A stretch of DNA of 59,949 nt, taken from the NCBI GenBank assembly GCA_963720565.1, contig CAVRFW010000010.1:1-59949 (forward strand), given 5' to 3'. The stretch is from Candidatus Bathyarchaeota archaeon. Its GTDB lineage: Archaea; Thermoproteota; Bathyarchaeia; Bathyarchaeales; Bathycorpusculaceae. Under the pieces are notes generated by a model. That model saw only the letters and a list, made by a program, of their open reading frames with translations. It did no database searches and was not told the DNA's origin. Shown here piece by piece: positions 29,823-39,838 of the stretch; positions within the stretch are counted from its first letter, which is position 1; each line of letters opens with the position of its first letter. The position numbers and the translations under genes were made by a program.

Positions 29823-30320
29823 CTAGAAACTGTTGAAGCTAAACAATTCCTCAAATGGTTTCTTCTTTCTTGGCTTTGGCTGCTCGGCAGGATAGCCAAA
29901 GGTTATCAATGCAACAACTTTCCATTTATCAGGGATTTTCAGCAATTCCTTGACTTTTTCTTCGTTGCAAGCTCCTATCCAACATGAACCGACCCCTAAA
30001 GTCCACGCGGCAATAACCATGTTCTGCATTGCAATTGTGGCGTCAACAACAGCCCATTTTCCAGTCAAAAGCGATTTTACGTCTGCACACCCAACAATAG
30101 CGACGGGAGCATATTTGACAAAACGGGTAATCAAATTATCGCACAAGTTCTTTAGTATATCATGGTCCTTCACAATGACGAAACGAATAGGCTGTCTATT
30201 AACTGCAGAGGGAGCCTGTCTGCCAGCCTCAAGAATTTGCTGCAGAACCTCTTCAGGTATATCCTTGGTTTCATAGCGTCTAATGCTTCTGCGAGTGAGA
30301 ATATCATCTATTAACGACAT
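29823..30320 (-). CDS. Nitroreductase family protein
   Basis: RRSIRRY, APSAVNRQP, LGVGSCWIG, FGYP. Confidence 0.95.
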   Translation of the reverse strand: MSLIDDILTRRSIRRYETKDIPEEVLQQILEAGRQAPSAVNRQPIRFVIVKDHDILKNLCDNLITRFVKYAPVAIVGCADVKSLLTGKWAVVDATIAMQNMVIAAWTLGVGSCWIGACNEEKVKELLKIPDKWKVVALITFGYPAEQPKPRKKKPFEELFSFNSF

Positions 30321-30450
30321 AAGACTCATCAAAACAAAACGGATTATAATATCTTTTATGCTTCAAGCGTGCGAATCGTTCAGCTTGCTTGCATACGCAA
30401 ACGCGCGTTTGTTTTCGAGAAAGATGGCAAGCAGCAGTGTGCGAGAGAAA

Positions 30451-30745
30451 TCAGTCGATTTGGCGAGTGTTCCTCATCTTCCAGACTCTCCAGAAAACGG
30501 TTGCCCACGATAAGAGAGTCAGAGCCGCGCGCACTCCGGATTTGATTATGTACCGTAGTACTGTGCGTCTGCCGTTTAATTCGGTGAGCACTTGAAGCGC
30601 GAGTCCTGTTGGTAGGTACGGCCATGGATAGAAAGACCCGCCAGTGAATTGGGCCACCAGAGCGTCCTTCGGACTCGTAGACGTGAGAAGCAACGTAGTA
30701 GGCACTTGCGGTGTAGGCTGTGATAGATAGCGAAATTGAAATCAA
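30451..30745 (-). pseudogene. Frameshifted small membrane protein remnant
   Basis: Hydrophobic segments spread over two overlapping ORFs. Confidence 0.3.
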
Positions 30746-31055
30746 GACAGCTAAGCTATTTTGATCTGGTGATCTTCAAGTTTACCGATTAAACGTTGGA
30801 TTTATCGACTTTTATTTTTTGCCTGAATGCGGTTGCTGAGAGATTTGAGTGCTCACTTTCACTCACCCCTCCACTAGTTAGAGAAGTCGTTTCTTCAGCT
30901 GCCTTTTATTCGCACAAGTCAACTGTGCTTCGGAGTTTGAGAGACTTGCTTTCCTCAGAGAAAGGATATCCAAAAAGGCTCTTTCGCGCGTTACCTCCTT
31001 GCCTGAGTGTAAAGCATGCTTCGTCAAGCTCGTTCTCCTTTTTTTGAGTGGTGAA

Positions 31056-31319
31056 ATGGTGATGGAGCTGGAGGACTTTTTCTGCTCTAAAGTGAGGATG
31101 AAAATCTTGAAACTGCTGTTTAGACTGGGGCAACTGACCACTTCAGACATGGCGAAGCGGGTTGGAACCAACTACGCTTCCACGAGGAAGCACTTGGAAC
31201 TGCTGGAGAAGGAAAACATGGTCGAACAGCGTTTGAGCGGGAGAACACGGTACTTCCGATTTGCCAACAGCGTGAAGGCGCAAGCGACGAAAAAGCTCTT
31301 GGAAGAATGGGAGACCTAA
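31056..31319 (+). CDS. Winged-helix (ArsR-like) regulator
   Basis: FCSKVRMKILKLL...TNYASTRKHLELLEKENMV...GRTRYFRF. Confidence 0.85.
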   Translation: MVMELEDFFCSKVRMKILKLLFRLGQLTTSDMAKRVGTNYASTRKHLELLEKENMVEQRLSGRTRYFRFANSVKAQATKKLLEEWET

Positions 31320-31444
31320 TGGCGTGCAAGCGCGCGTGGGATTATTGTAAGCCTGAGGTTGACGCGTGGACTTTTTGGTTTCAGGCTCGAATTTCTGTAG
31401 CTCAAAAAAAAGGGGAGAGTGAAGATTTTCTCTTCTTTGAGAGT

Positions 31445-31566
31445 TTACTTCTTTCTGAACATCAACAGCACTATTACGGCGCCGACTATTGCGATTGCGG
31501 CGATTATGCCTATCACTGACGGCAGGAAGTACTGTTCAGACAGTGTTGCTGGTGCTTGTGTTGGTG
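31445..31566 (-). pseudogene. Orphan C-terminal anchor fragment of a surface protein, with its oligo-T terminator
   Basis: TPTQAPATLSEQYFLPSVIGIIAAIAIVGAVIVLLMFRKK* followed on the minus strand by CTCTCCCCTTTTTTTT; no start codon. Confidence 0.7.
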
Positions 31567-31740
31567 TGCGCTTTGGTAAGCATTTAGGAAGAGTTTTTGT
31601 GAAAGAACTACAGCCCCTCGTTAGGCATAAGAAAAAAGTCCTTCTCTAGAAAGAGGAGAGTAGAGTTTGAGCGCGCTTGTTTAAGCAGAAAAAACCTTAT
31701 CTAGACTAAAATTGATTTACGATCTTGGGGGCAATAGGTT

Positions 31741-32367
31741 GTGGGTCAGAAAACAAAACCTTGCATAGTTTCCTGTAGCGTTCTAAAAGATGAAATAGAG
31801 AAGCTCGTCAAGGAAGGCGAGTTGGATGCTGATTTGCTTTTTGTCAGCAAATACTTTCACGTCGATTACGCTCAAATAGAAAAACACCTGCGCCCCGTGA
31901 TTGAAAGAGCACTCAAGAGTCATCCTGGGAACGTTATACTGGTCTATGGTGATTTGTGCCTTGGCATGGATAACGAGATGAAAAAACTCGCTGAAGAATA
32001 CGGCATTGTCAAAATTGACGCGTTAAACTGCATTGATTGTCAACTTGGCGGGAAAGGAGAATTCCTCGAAGCTGACCCTAACCACGACCTCTTGTTTCTT
32101 TCTCCGGGAATGACGGATTTCTTTAGTCACGCTCGGGATATGATGCGGAAAGAGGGTATGGATGAAGCTTCTCTCAAACAGTTCTTCAGTGGACTCAGAG
32201 GAATCATAGTCCTCGACACATTAGGAAACGATGAAAAGCTGAAATTGGAAATTGCAAAACTAGATACGGGTCTTGAGATAGTGGAAACCTGGCGATTAGG
32301 ATGCGGAAAAGTGAAGAATGTCATCCAAGAAGCCATCCGAAGAAACTCGGGTCTGAATAATCCATAG
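31741..32367 (+). CDS. DUF1638 domain protein
   Basis: CIVSCSVLKDEI, FH, LVYGDLC, NCIDCQLGG, FLSPG. Confidence 0.8.
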   Translation: MGQKTKPCIVSCSVLKDEIEKLVKEGELDADLLFVSKYFHVDYAQIEKHLRPVIERALKSHPGNVILVYGDLCLGMDNEMKKLAEEYGIVKIDALNCIDCQLGGKGEFLEADPNHDLLFLSPGMTDFFSHARDMMRKEGMDEASLKQFFSGLRGIIVLDTLGNDEKLKLEIAKLDTGLEIVETWRLGCGKVKNVIQEAIRRNSGLNNP

Positions 32368-32386
32368 CGCGCTCGGACATCGACTG

Positions 32387-35300
32387 CTATTTTTTCATTA
32401 CTCGTTCATCGACGTATCGCTTGATTGTTTCTTTTTCGTAGGGGATTCGGACTTTGAGGATGTTGCCTCCTCTTCCGCGTTCTCCCTGGAAGATTCTGGA
32501 TTCGACTATTCCGCGTCTCTCTAGCTCGGCTATGTGTCGTCCTCGATGTCCTCCGGCGCCGTAGACGCTTGATTTGGGTATTTTTCCTTGCCTGATTATG
32601 TCCATGAGTGTTCTCCATCCGGATTTTTCCAGTGATAGTTTTCGTTTCATGTAGTCGTCGGCGAAAGAGCATACCAGGTAGTTGAATATTGCTTCTGCTT
32701 CTTTGGTGTTGAATTCAAAGGTGGTTTTCGGGTGGACTGACACGTTCACCGGTTCTGGCGTGCTTGTTCGGAAACGGCCTTTGTCGTCGACGTATACCAC
32801 GTTTGGTTTTAGGGTGATCGGGCCAGTTTTAGTTGCTTGCAGGTTGATTTTGATCGTCTCGAGTTTAAGGGGTTCAATCTTTTTTCCCCTTAGATTTGCT
32901 GAGCTGTTTTCAAGGTCGTACTGGGGTGTTAGGCTGGTTAGCTTTGTGCCCGATGGAGCAAGGTGGTCGAGCCTGACCAATAGTCCGTGGTTGTTTCCAA
33001 TGTTCACTAGGTCGAGCATAACTTCGAATTGTTCTCCGATTTCTACGTCTTCAGCCGCCTTAAGGTTGGTTTGAATGTCTGCGTGCTCAAACCGGTCCGA
33101 GCCAACTGCACTCTCAATGGTAGCTGAAGGAACCGGAAAAGACGTTGTGGAGACTACGAGTGGAGTGTGCAATACTTCTGCCAGGGACAGGGCGAATTCT
33201 TTTTCCTTTTCTATCTCTTTCATCAGGTTGCGGGCTTGTGTCCGCTTCTCAGGGTGTTCTGCCTTCTCAAAATGGTCGGCCGAAGCTTCAAGGACCTTCT
33301 CTGCCATGATGTAGAGCTTTGTTTTCTGTTCAGGATCCGTTTCTTTTTTTGCTTTGTCGATGTAAACGTAGGCATTAAATAGCAGTCCCGTAGCCTTGGT
33401 GAATTCTGAGGCATTCTCGAAACCGGCTTTTGTGTAGTAGTTCCCCGCTGCATCTAACTCTTGAATCGCTGTGTTCCAGTTTGCCATGTCTCTGGTGTCG
33501 ACGAATTTTGTTCCGGCTTCCAAGGCTTTGCAGAAGTGGCTGTGCCCCATTGCAAGCATCCTTGTTTTTTCGTCTGAGCCCAGATCCTTTGCTTGCTGGA
33601 AGAGTCGTGAAGCTTCTGCGTAAAGAACTGGTGATATTTCTGTTTCTGCTTGGGTCATTTTTTGCCACGCTTCTGCGAGAGTGGCAATCAGTTCAAGATC
33701 TTTTCTTTCCAGCTTGTTTTTTAAGGCATGTGCAATTTTCTTGAAGATTTTGCTTGCTTCGCCGAATTTTTCCGAACTGAGAAGGTGGTCACCCTTCTTG
33801 TCAAGGGTTTTTGCTTCTTCGAGGATTATCCTTCCGACGCAGTATTCGTGTCTGATTTCGGTTACTCTGGCAAGGTCTTCTGCCAGTTCTTTCTCGTCAG
33901 GGTTCTCGATCTTGGCAACAGCGTCTTTGAGCGTCGCGTTGCTTTCGACGAATATTTTTGCTGCCCGTTCGAAGTTTTGGATTGCCTGTTCGTTTCTTTC
34001 TTTTCTGCTCAGGTCTTCTGCGTTCTCAAGTGTGGCCCAAGCGAGATAGTTTAGTGTCAGGTAACTCCATTGCTTCAGGGATCTGTGGATTTCAGCGGCT
34101 TTTTCATAGTATTCCTTGGCTATCCCATATTCTTGTCTTGCGTGGTGTTGTCTTGCCATCTCAATCTGGCTCCATGCTTCCATGTACGCAGCATAATTTT
34201 GGTAGAAGGTTTTCAGTTGTGGGATTTTGTCAGATGCTTTTCTATAGCTGGCGGAGGCCTGTAGGAAATTCTCTGATGCTTTCAAGTGTTCTCCTAGACT
34301 GTCTTGAATCTTGGCGATTTTCCAGTTTGATTCGGCAACTTGGCTGATTGTTTCCGTTTTTTCTGATGATTCTATTGCTTTCCGTGAGGCAACTATTGCC
34401 TGTTCTAGAAAGTTAGTATCGTTTGTCAGTTCATACAGTTTGGTTAGCTGTATCACGTGGGAATCCTGTATCCTATAGAGTGACGAATAAAGTTCCGTGC
34501 GACCCATGCCCTCAAAATAGGGCATAATTTTCCCAATCAGATCGAGGCTTTTTTCAGTTTGGGCTATTGCCTCCTCTAGCAAGTTCTTCTTTTTTTCTTG
34601 GTCTTTTTCCATTGAGCTTAGCTGATAATTTATTTTGGCTAAGCCAGATAGTTCCACTCCTCGATCCCAGTAGTCGTATGGTGTTAGTTGTTCAGCGATT
34701 TCGATTGCCCTTTCTCTGTACTTTAGGGCTCTTTTTAGCAGGCTCCTTTTCACGTCAAAATCCTGTTCCAGTCTTGCTCGAGCCGCAAGTGTTTTGCTTA
34801 CAACGTGAAGTACGCAGTCTACAATCAACGGTATGTCTGAATCCTCGGCGGTTTTCAAGGCTTCTATCCCTGATTTCTCGGACAACGCTAGGAGCTCTAT
34901 TTTCTTCTTTTGATCTGTTTCCAGCTCTGCCCATCCGAGATAGTATTCTGCATATCCTGCAGGGGCTGGCAAGGCTCCCCATCTGGGGCTTTGATACGAC
35001 AGTACGTTGAAGTGACGCTTTGCTCGGTCATAGAATCTCATGGCTCCATCAGCCAAATCTCTTATTCGGTCTGGATCCTCAGCAGCAGCGCATTTCCAAA
35101 ACCTAATGTAAGCTAATAAGTCCAGCGCAGAAGCTTGCAGGTAGTTGTCCTGTGCTTCTTCGCCGTATTCAAGAGACTTCTGAACAAGGCTTTCATGTGC
35201 TCCTGAATAGAGTCCCAGCCAGTAATAAGACAGACTCAGTGAATATGCGTCGTTGGCTTTTTCGGAAAATTCGATTGCTTTGCGAAAATGTTCAATGACC

Positions 35301-36001
35301 TTCAGCCGCAGCTGTTCTTGATTTTGTGGATCTTCAATGAAGTAGTAGCCAAGAAAATCACCTACGCAAACAAGTCCTAAACCGAGGAAAGCTCTGCCAG
35401 TTTCATATGAATCGCCGCTTTTGACAACAAGTTCAACTGCTTTTTCTGCCCAGGAGCTTCCTCTCTCGAGCATGGACTTTAGAGTCTGCCTATTCCATTC
35501 AAGAAACGATCGGTGCCAGATCGCAGGTGCAAGCAAGTTGAAGGTTCTGATGTATTCTGAATTATTTCCCGAATCCAAAAAAGCAGCAAGTGCTCTCTCT
35601 TCAAGGTCTAGGCATTCGTCAAGAAGTTTCCTCTTATCACCCGGAGAAGGGGTGAGCCAGTAACAAAGGTATTTGGAGATGGCTTGAAATAGAAGTGTTC
35701 TTGCCTTCTGTTTGACTTCCAGTTGATTGTGTAATTCATGGGCTTCTTGATAGTCTCTTACTGCTTCTTGAATTCTTTTTTTGAATTCTTCTTGACTTTT
35801 CGCTTGCATAGCTGCCCGATAGGAGGCGTATCCTAATCTCTCATTTAGGTCAGCCATGGCTGAGAAATTAAGTTTTTCTGTTAGGCTTAGTGCTTTCTTG
35901 TATGATTCGCATGCCCCCGACCAATCGTATGCTCTTTCATGTTCTACAGCCTGTGCGAATATTGCTTCTACTCCCTCTGACTTCGGGGGCATAATAAGCA
36001 C
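32387..36001 (-). CDS. Giant TPR/alpha-solenoid protein with C-terminal Ig-like (CARDB-like) and wHTH-like domains
   Basis: About 940 aa of TPR-like repeats; LDLVNIG...YVDDKG beta-sandwich; GWRTLMDI...ELERRGIVESRIFQGERGRGG wHTH. Confidence 0.85.
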   Translation of the reverse strand: MLIMPPKSEGVEAIFAQAVEHERAYDWSGACESYKKALSLTEKLNFSAMADLNERLGYASYRAAMQAKSQEEFKKRIQEAVRDYQEAHELHNQLEVKQKARTLLFQAISKYLCYWLTPSPGDKRKLLDECLDLEERALAAFLDSGNNSEYIRTFNLLAPAIWHRSFLEWNRQTLKSMLERGSSWAEKAVELVVKSGDSYETGRAFLGLGLVCVGDFLGYYFIEDPQNQEQLRLKVIEHFRKAIEFSEKANDAYSLSLSYYWLGLYSGAHESLVQKSLEYGEEAQDNYLQASALDLLAYIRFWKCAAAEDPDRIRDLADGAMRFYDRAKRHFNVLSYQSPRWGALPAPAGYAEYYLGWAELETDQKKKIELLALSEKSGIEALKTAEDSDIPLIVDCVLHVVSKTLAARARLEQDFDVKRSLLKRALKYRERAIEIAEQLTPYDYWDRGVELSGLAKINYQLSSMEKDQEKKKNLLEEAIAQTEKSLDLIGKIMPYFEGMGRTELYSSLYRIQDSHVIQLTKLYELTNDTNFLEQAIVASRKAIESSEKTETISQVAESNWKIAKIQDSLGEHLKASENFLQASASYRKASDKIPQLKTFYQNYAAYMEAWSQIEMARQHHARQEYGIAKEYYEKAAEIHRSLKQWSYLTLNYLAWATLENAEDLSRKERNEQAIQNFERAAKIFVESNATLKDAVAKIENPDEKELAEDLARVTEIRHEYCVGRIILEEAKTLDKKGDHLLSSEKFGEASKIFKKIAHALKNKLERKDLELIATLAEAWQKMTQAETEISPVLYAEASRLFQQAKDLGSDEKTRMLAMGHSHFCKALEAGTKFVDTRDMANWNTAIQELDAAGNYYTKAGFENASEFTKATGLLFNAYVYIDKAKKETDPEQKTKLYIMAEKVLEASADHFEKAEHPEKRTQARNLMKEIEKEKEFALSLAEVLHTPLVVSTTSFPVPSATIESAVGSDRFEHADIQTNLKAAEDVEIGEQFEVMLDLVNIGNNHGLLVRLDHLAPSGTKLTSLTPQYDLENSSANLRGKKIEPLKLETIKINLQATKTGPITLKPNVVYVDDKGRFRTSTPEPVNVSVHPKTTFEFNTKEAEAIFNYLVCSFADDYMKRKLSLEKSGWRTLMDIIRQGKIPKSSVYGAGGHRGRHIAELERRGIVESRIFQGERGRGGNILKVRIPYEKETIKRYVDERVMKK

Positions 36002-36196
36002 TCTAGAGACTATGAGGCTTTAACTCTGATAAGATTTATGCACTATTGCCTCGTGTTATTCGGGTTTTGCTAGGGCTAATCCTCTATTTAGACTGGTATC
36101 GGGCTATTTGCTTCGCATTTAGGAAGGAATACTTTAAGAGCAAGATTCGGCAGCCACCTGATTGGATCAGTAAGCCCGAAAGCTGCGTGAGAGCAA

Positions 36197-38755
36197 ATGT
36201 CTGAAGTGACGGCTGGTAAGTATTGGGCACTAGATAAAGCTGAGCTTTTCAGGGAGCTCAATTCGTCTGTAGCTGGAATTGATGAAGAGGAAGCGGCACG
36301 CAGACTAAAGAAGTATGGGCTTAACGAGGTCTCTCCAATCGAGCATAGAACCTCACTGAAGATATTTGCGTCTCAGTTCAGGAACCCGCTCGTTTATGTG
36401 CTAGTTTTTGCCTCGTTGGTAGCGGGTTTCTTGGGAGATTCGTCTGAAGCGATCATAATTATAGCGATTGTGCTTGCGAATGCGGCGTTAGGTTTTGTTC
36501 TGGAGCATCGATCTGAGAGGGCTGTTGACGAGCTCAGAAAGTACCTATCATACACGACCGTCGTTACAAGGCACGGAAAGAAGTTGGTGATGCCAGCGCG
36601 CGAATTGGTGTTAGGAGACCTTGTTCACTTGACTACGGGCGATGTTATTCCCGCAGATATCAGATTGTTTGAAGCTTGCGAATTCGAGGCAAACGAGTCT
36701 GTCCTCACGGGTGAATCGACGCCGGTCGACAAGAACACTGCTCCCGTCGCGATTGACAACCCACATCCACATGAACTTTCTAACATCGCCCTCATGGGGT
36801 CGAATATTACCAACGGCTTCGGGGCGGGACTGGTGATTGCCACTGGAAAAATGACCTATTTTGGCCGCATAGCCTCTACTCTCTCCCTGTTTCCCCCGAA
36901 GACCGATTTCCAGAAGAACATGGCTAGTTTCGGAAGTTTCCTTGTAAAGATGATTCTTGTGTTGACAACATTCGTCTTTCTGGTGAATTCGATTCTTAAT
37001 CATGGAATTTTCGAGTCGCTGCTGTTCTCACTAGCCTTAGCCGTAGGCATAATCCCCGAAGCCTTGCCCGTGGTAGTCACGGTTGGATTGTCCGAGGGGG
37101 CCCTCAGATTGGTTAAGAAGAAAGTCATTGCCAAAAGACTTGAGGCTATAGAAGACCTGGGAAACGTCGATGTACTCTGCACAGACAAGACCGGGACCCT
37201 TACGCAAAACGCGACGCAGGTGCAGAGTATAATTAATTCCAAGGATCAGACGACCCCTGATCTGACTAAGTATGTATTGCTCTGCAATTCGGCCGTGATT
37301 CAAGGAGACAAAATCCTTGGCAATCCAATTGATGTTGCGATCTGGGAATACGCTCGGAGCACTAACTTCGACGATGCGAGTCTAACTCCATATGCGCATG
37401 TTCAGGAAATTCCTTTCGGATTTAGCAGGAGAAGAATGAGCGTTGTAGTCCAGATAGGTGATAGAAGACTCCTGATCTCAAAGGGGGCGCCGGAGGCAAT
37501 ACTAAGCGCATCGACCGAGGTCGGAGATGAAAACGAAACTCGGCCTGTGCGATACGCGAAAACAGAGCTTGATTTACTAGTTGCCAAGTATGTTCAAACT
37601 GGAACCAGGCTAATAGCAATTGGGTTCAAAGATATCGAGGAAAAAAGAGAATATTCAGCAGCAGACGAGATTGGCTTAACGCTTGCGGGATTTGTAGTTA
37701 TTTCTGATCCGCTTAAGGAAGACGCGGCTGATGCCGTCTCAAGACTAGGATCGCTGGGGATCAAATTGAAAATTCTGAGCGGCGATGATCCCGTAGTGAC
37801 GGCGGAGGTCTGCCGAAAACTCGGAATTGAATTTCGGGGAAGCGTAATCACGGGAGTAGACATTGAGAGAATGCGTGAAGATGAACTCCGGAGGGTCGTG
37901 GAAGAGAATGATGTTTTCGGCCGGGTGGCTCCTGACCAGAAATACGCTATTGTCGCTGCTCTGAAAAAGAATGGGCATGTGTTGGGTTTTCTCGGAGACG
38001 GCGTCAATGATGCGCCTGCCTTGAAGCTGGCGGACGCGGGCATCTCGGTTGACACGGGTGTTCAGGTGGCTAAAGAGGCGTCGTCGATTATCCTTCTTCA
38101 AAAAAGTTTGGATGCTGTGGCTGACGGCGTCACTGAGGGAAGAAAAGCCTTTGCCAACATGATCAAGTACATCAGGAACACGATAAGCGCAAACTTGGGC
38201 AACATGATCACTCTGGCGTTGGGTTCGCTGTTCCTGCCGTTTATACCACTGTTACCGGCTCAAATACTCTTGACTAACCTGCTTTCTGATGCTCCATTGC
38301 TCACAATAGCGACCGATAACATAGACGGGGAGGATCTACGGACGCCAAGAAAGTGGAGTATAAAATCGATCGCTCGGTTCGCCTTGTTCTTCGGGCTGAT
38401 CAGCTCGCTCTTTGATTTTGTCACAATCTCTTCTCTGATTTACCTTCTTCACGCTGGTCCAGAACTCTTCCGAACGGCTTGGTTTATTGAATCCGTCATG
38501 TCTGAAATGTTGGTAACTTTCTCCATTAGAACCAAGAAGAAATTCTACGAATCAAGACCCAGCACCCTCCTGATTATCGCCTCAATCATAATGGCGTTAG
38601 TTACCCTTGCAGTTGTGTATTCTCCGGTCGGACCCCTGCTTGGGTTTGTGTGGCTTCCACTATGGTTTTTGGGGCTTATCTTCGGTATCCTCTGCAGCTA
38701 CTTTGTTTTGGTTGAAGGCTTGAAGCACTTGTTCTTTAGGAGATACAAGGATTAG
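36197..38755 (+). CDS. mgtA: Mg2+-transporting P-type ATPase (type IIIB)
   Basis: TGES, PEALP, DKTGTLT, PFGFSRRRMSVV, KGAPE, GDGVNDA, FLPFIPLLPAQILLTNLL. Confidence 0.88.
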   Translation: MSEVTAGKYWALDKAELFRELNSSVAGIDEEEAARRLKKYGLNEVSPIEHRTSLKIFASQFRNPLVYVLVFASLVAGFLGDSSEAIIIIAIVLANAALGFVLEHRSERAVDELRKYLSYTTVVTRHGKKLVMPARELVLGDLVHLTTGDVIPADIRLFEACEFEANESVLTGESTPVDKNTAPVAIDNPHPHELSNIALMGSNITNGFGAGLVIATGKMTYFGRIASTLSLFPPKTDFQKNMASFGSFLVKMILVLTTFVFLVNSILNHGIFESLLFSLALAVGIIPEALPVVVTVGLSEGALRLVKKKVIAKRLEAIEDLGNVDVLCTDKTGTLTQNATQVQSIINSKDQTTPDLTKYVLLCNSAVIQGDKILGNPIDVAIWEYARSTNFDDASLTPYAHVQEIPFGFSRRRMSVVVQIGDRRLLISKGAPEAILSASTEVGDENETRPVRYAKTELDLLVAKYVQTGTRLIAIGFKDIEEKREYSAADEIGLTLAGFVVISDPLKEDAADAVSRLGSLGIKLKILSGDDPVVTAEVCRKLGIEFRGSVITGVDIERMREDELRRVVEENDVFGRVAPDQKYAIVAALKKNGHVLGFLGDGVNDAPALKLADAGISVDTGVQVAKEASSIILLQKSLDAVADGVTEGRKAFANMIKYIRNTISANLGNMITLALGSLFLPFIPLLPAQILLTNLLSDAPLLTIATDNIDGEDLRTPRKWSIKSIARFALFFGLISSLFDFVTISSLIYLLHAGPELFRTAWFIESVMSEMLVTFSIRTKKKFYESRPSTLLIIASIIMALVTLAVVYSPVGPLLGFVWLPLWFLGLIFGILCSYFVLVEGLKHLFFRRYKD

Positions 38756-39156
38756 CGTACTGCCTTTCGTGAAAGCCCTGAATTTGCCAATCGGCCGTTT
38801 CTTTTCAGCTTCTTCAGTCTCAAGCCAAGAATAAACATGAGTGATAATGGTGTCGCAGTGAACTGACCTAGATGCTCTAAAAATGCGTTGGAGGCAATGG
38901 TGGAACCTTGAATTGATTGCTAACTCGCGAAAAATGTGGAAAAATCAAATAGGCTGATTTGGGTTTCAAACAGCGTTTTAGCCTGTCAGCTCACTTAATT
39001 GTTATTTTTAGGCTACTGAGAACCTCTTTTGGGTTTGAAAGTTGTTATTTTTTCTTTATTGTGCGTTTTAGTGTGTTCTTGGGTTTTTTGTCGCTGCAAA
39101 AATGGTTACCTATTTTTCCATGGTAATAGTGTGGTCAGGGAACAAAAAGGAGGAAT

Positions 39157-39387
39157 ATGATGGAAATAAAATTGAAGAAAAAATTGCTTCCAAACCTCAC
39201 GTTGCCAGCGAATAACCATAGGGAGGTTAACACGAGAATCGCCGGAGTGACTCCTGGGAATGTTGCTGGGATTTCTGTGCAGCCAGTCGCTTACGAGCGT
39301 TCCAGAGAGTATTTGGCTCACATCGCTGAGGTCGAAATCAGACGTTCACTAGCTTTAGCTGATGCTTATCGACTATCGCTGCGTTAG
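39157..39387 (+). CDS. Hypothetical protein
   Basis: Strong GGAGG RBS; co-oriented with the next gene. Confidence 0.55.
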   Translation: MMEIKLKKKLLPNLTLPANNHREVNTRIAGVTPGNVAGISVQPVAYERSREYLAHIAEVEIRRSLALADAYRLSLR

Positions 39388-39398
39388 GAGGTGATTTT

Positions 39399-39671
39399 GT
39401 GCCGAAATTTTTGGTTGTCCACCCGATACCAACACCCGTAACGATTGAAGAAGCTACTCCTGTGGCTAAGGCGGCGAAGGCGAATTCGACGGTTGATGCT
39501 TACTGGGTCCAGAGTTGGGCTCAGCTCAACGAAGAGGGCAAGATTGTCAAGATTTTATGCCAGTGGAATGGTGCAAGTGCTGGGGCGGTCGTTGAGGTTC
39601 TCAAGAAGGTTCCAGCCCCGTCTGAAGGGCCTTATCCAATGGTTGCAGTGGACTCGGAAGACTATAGATGA
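39399..39671 (+). CDS. DUF4242/SCO4226-like small protein
   Basis: MPKFLVVH...AYWVQSW...GKIVKILCQWNG; RBS GGAGGTGA. Confidence 0.7.
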   Translation: MPKFLVVHPIPTPVTIEEATPVAKAAKANSTVDAYWVQSWAQLNEEGKIVKILCQWNGASAGAVVEVLKKVPAPSEGPYPMVAVDSEDYR

Positions 39672-39699
39672 AGCGTTACGATTGGGGTGCTTAGGTAAT

Positions 39700-39711
39700 T
39701 CCCCTTTTTTT
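39700..39711 (+). terminator. Oligo-T terminator
   Basis: TCCCCTTTTTTT about 30 nt after the stop at 39671. Confidence 0.5.
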
Positions 39712-39838
39712 CTATGGTGTCCGCTTCTACGAAAGATCGAGGACTCATAACATGGGCTTTAGCCTACCACAATTCGTTATCGAAAAATGATATATGAAGA
39801 GAAAAACAATTGTCATTTTGGTGGATGAGTGATTTTTA

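Noticed and set aside
31419..31649. Plus-strand ORF LRVYFFLNINSTITAP...
   Set aside because: Antisense of the orphan TM-anchor fragment
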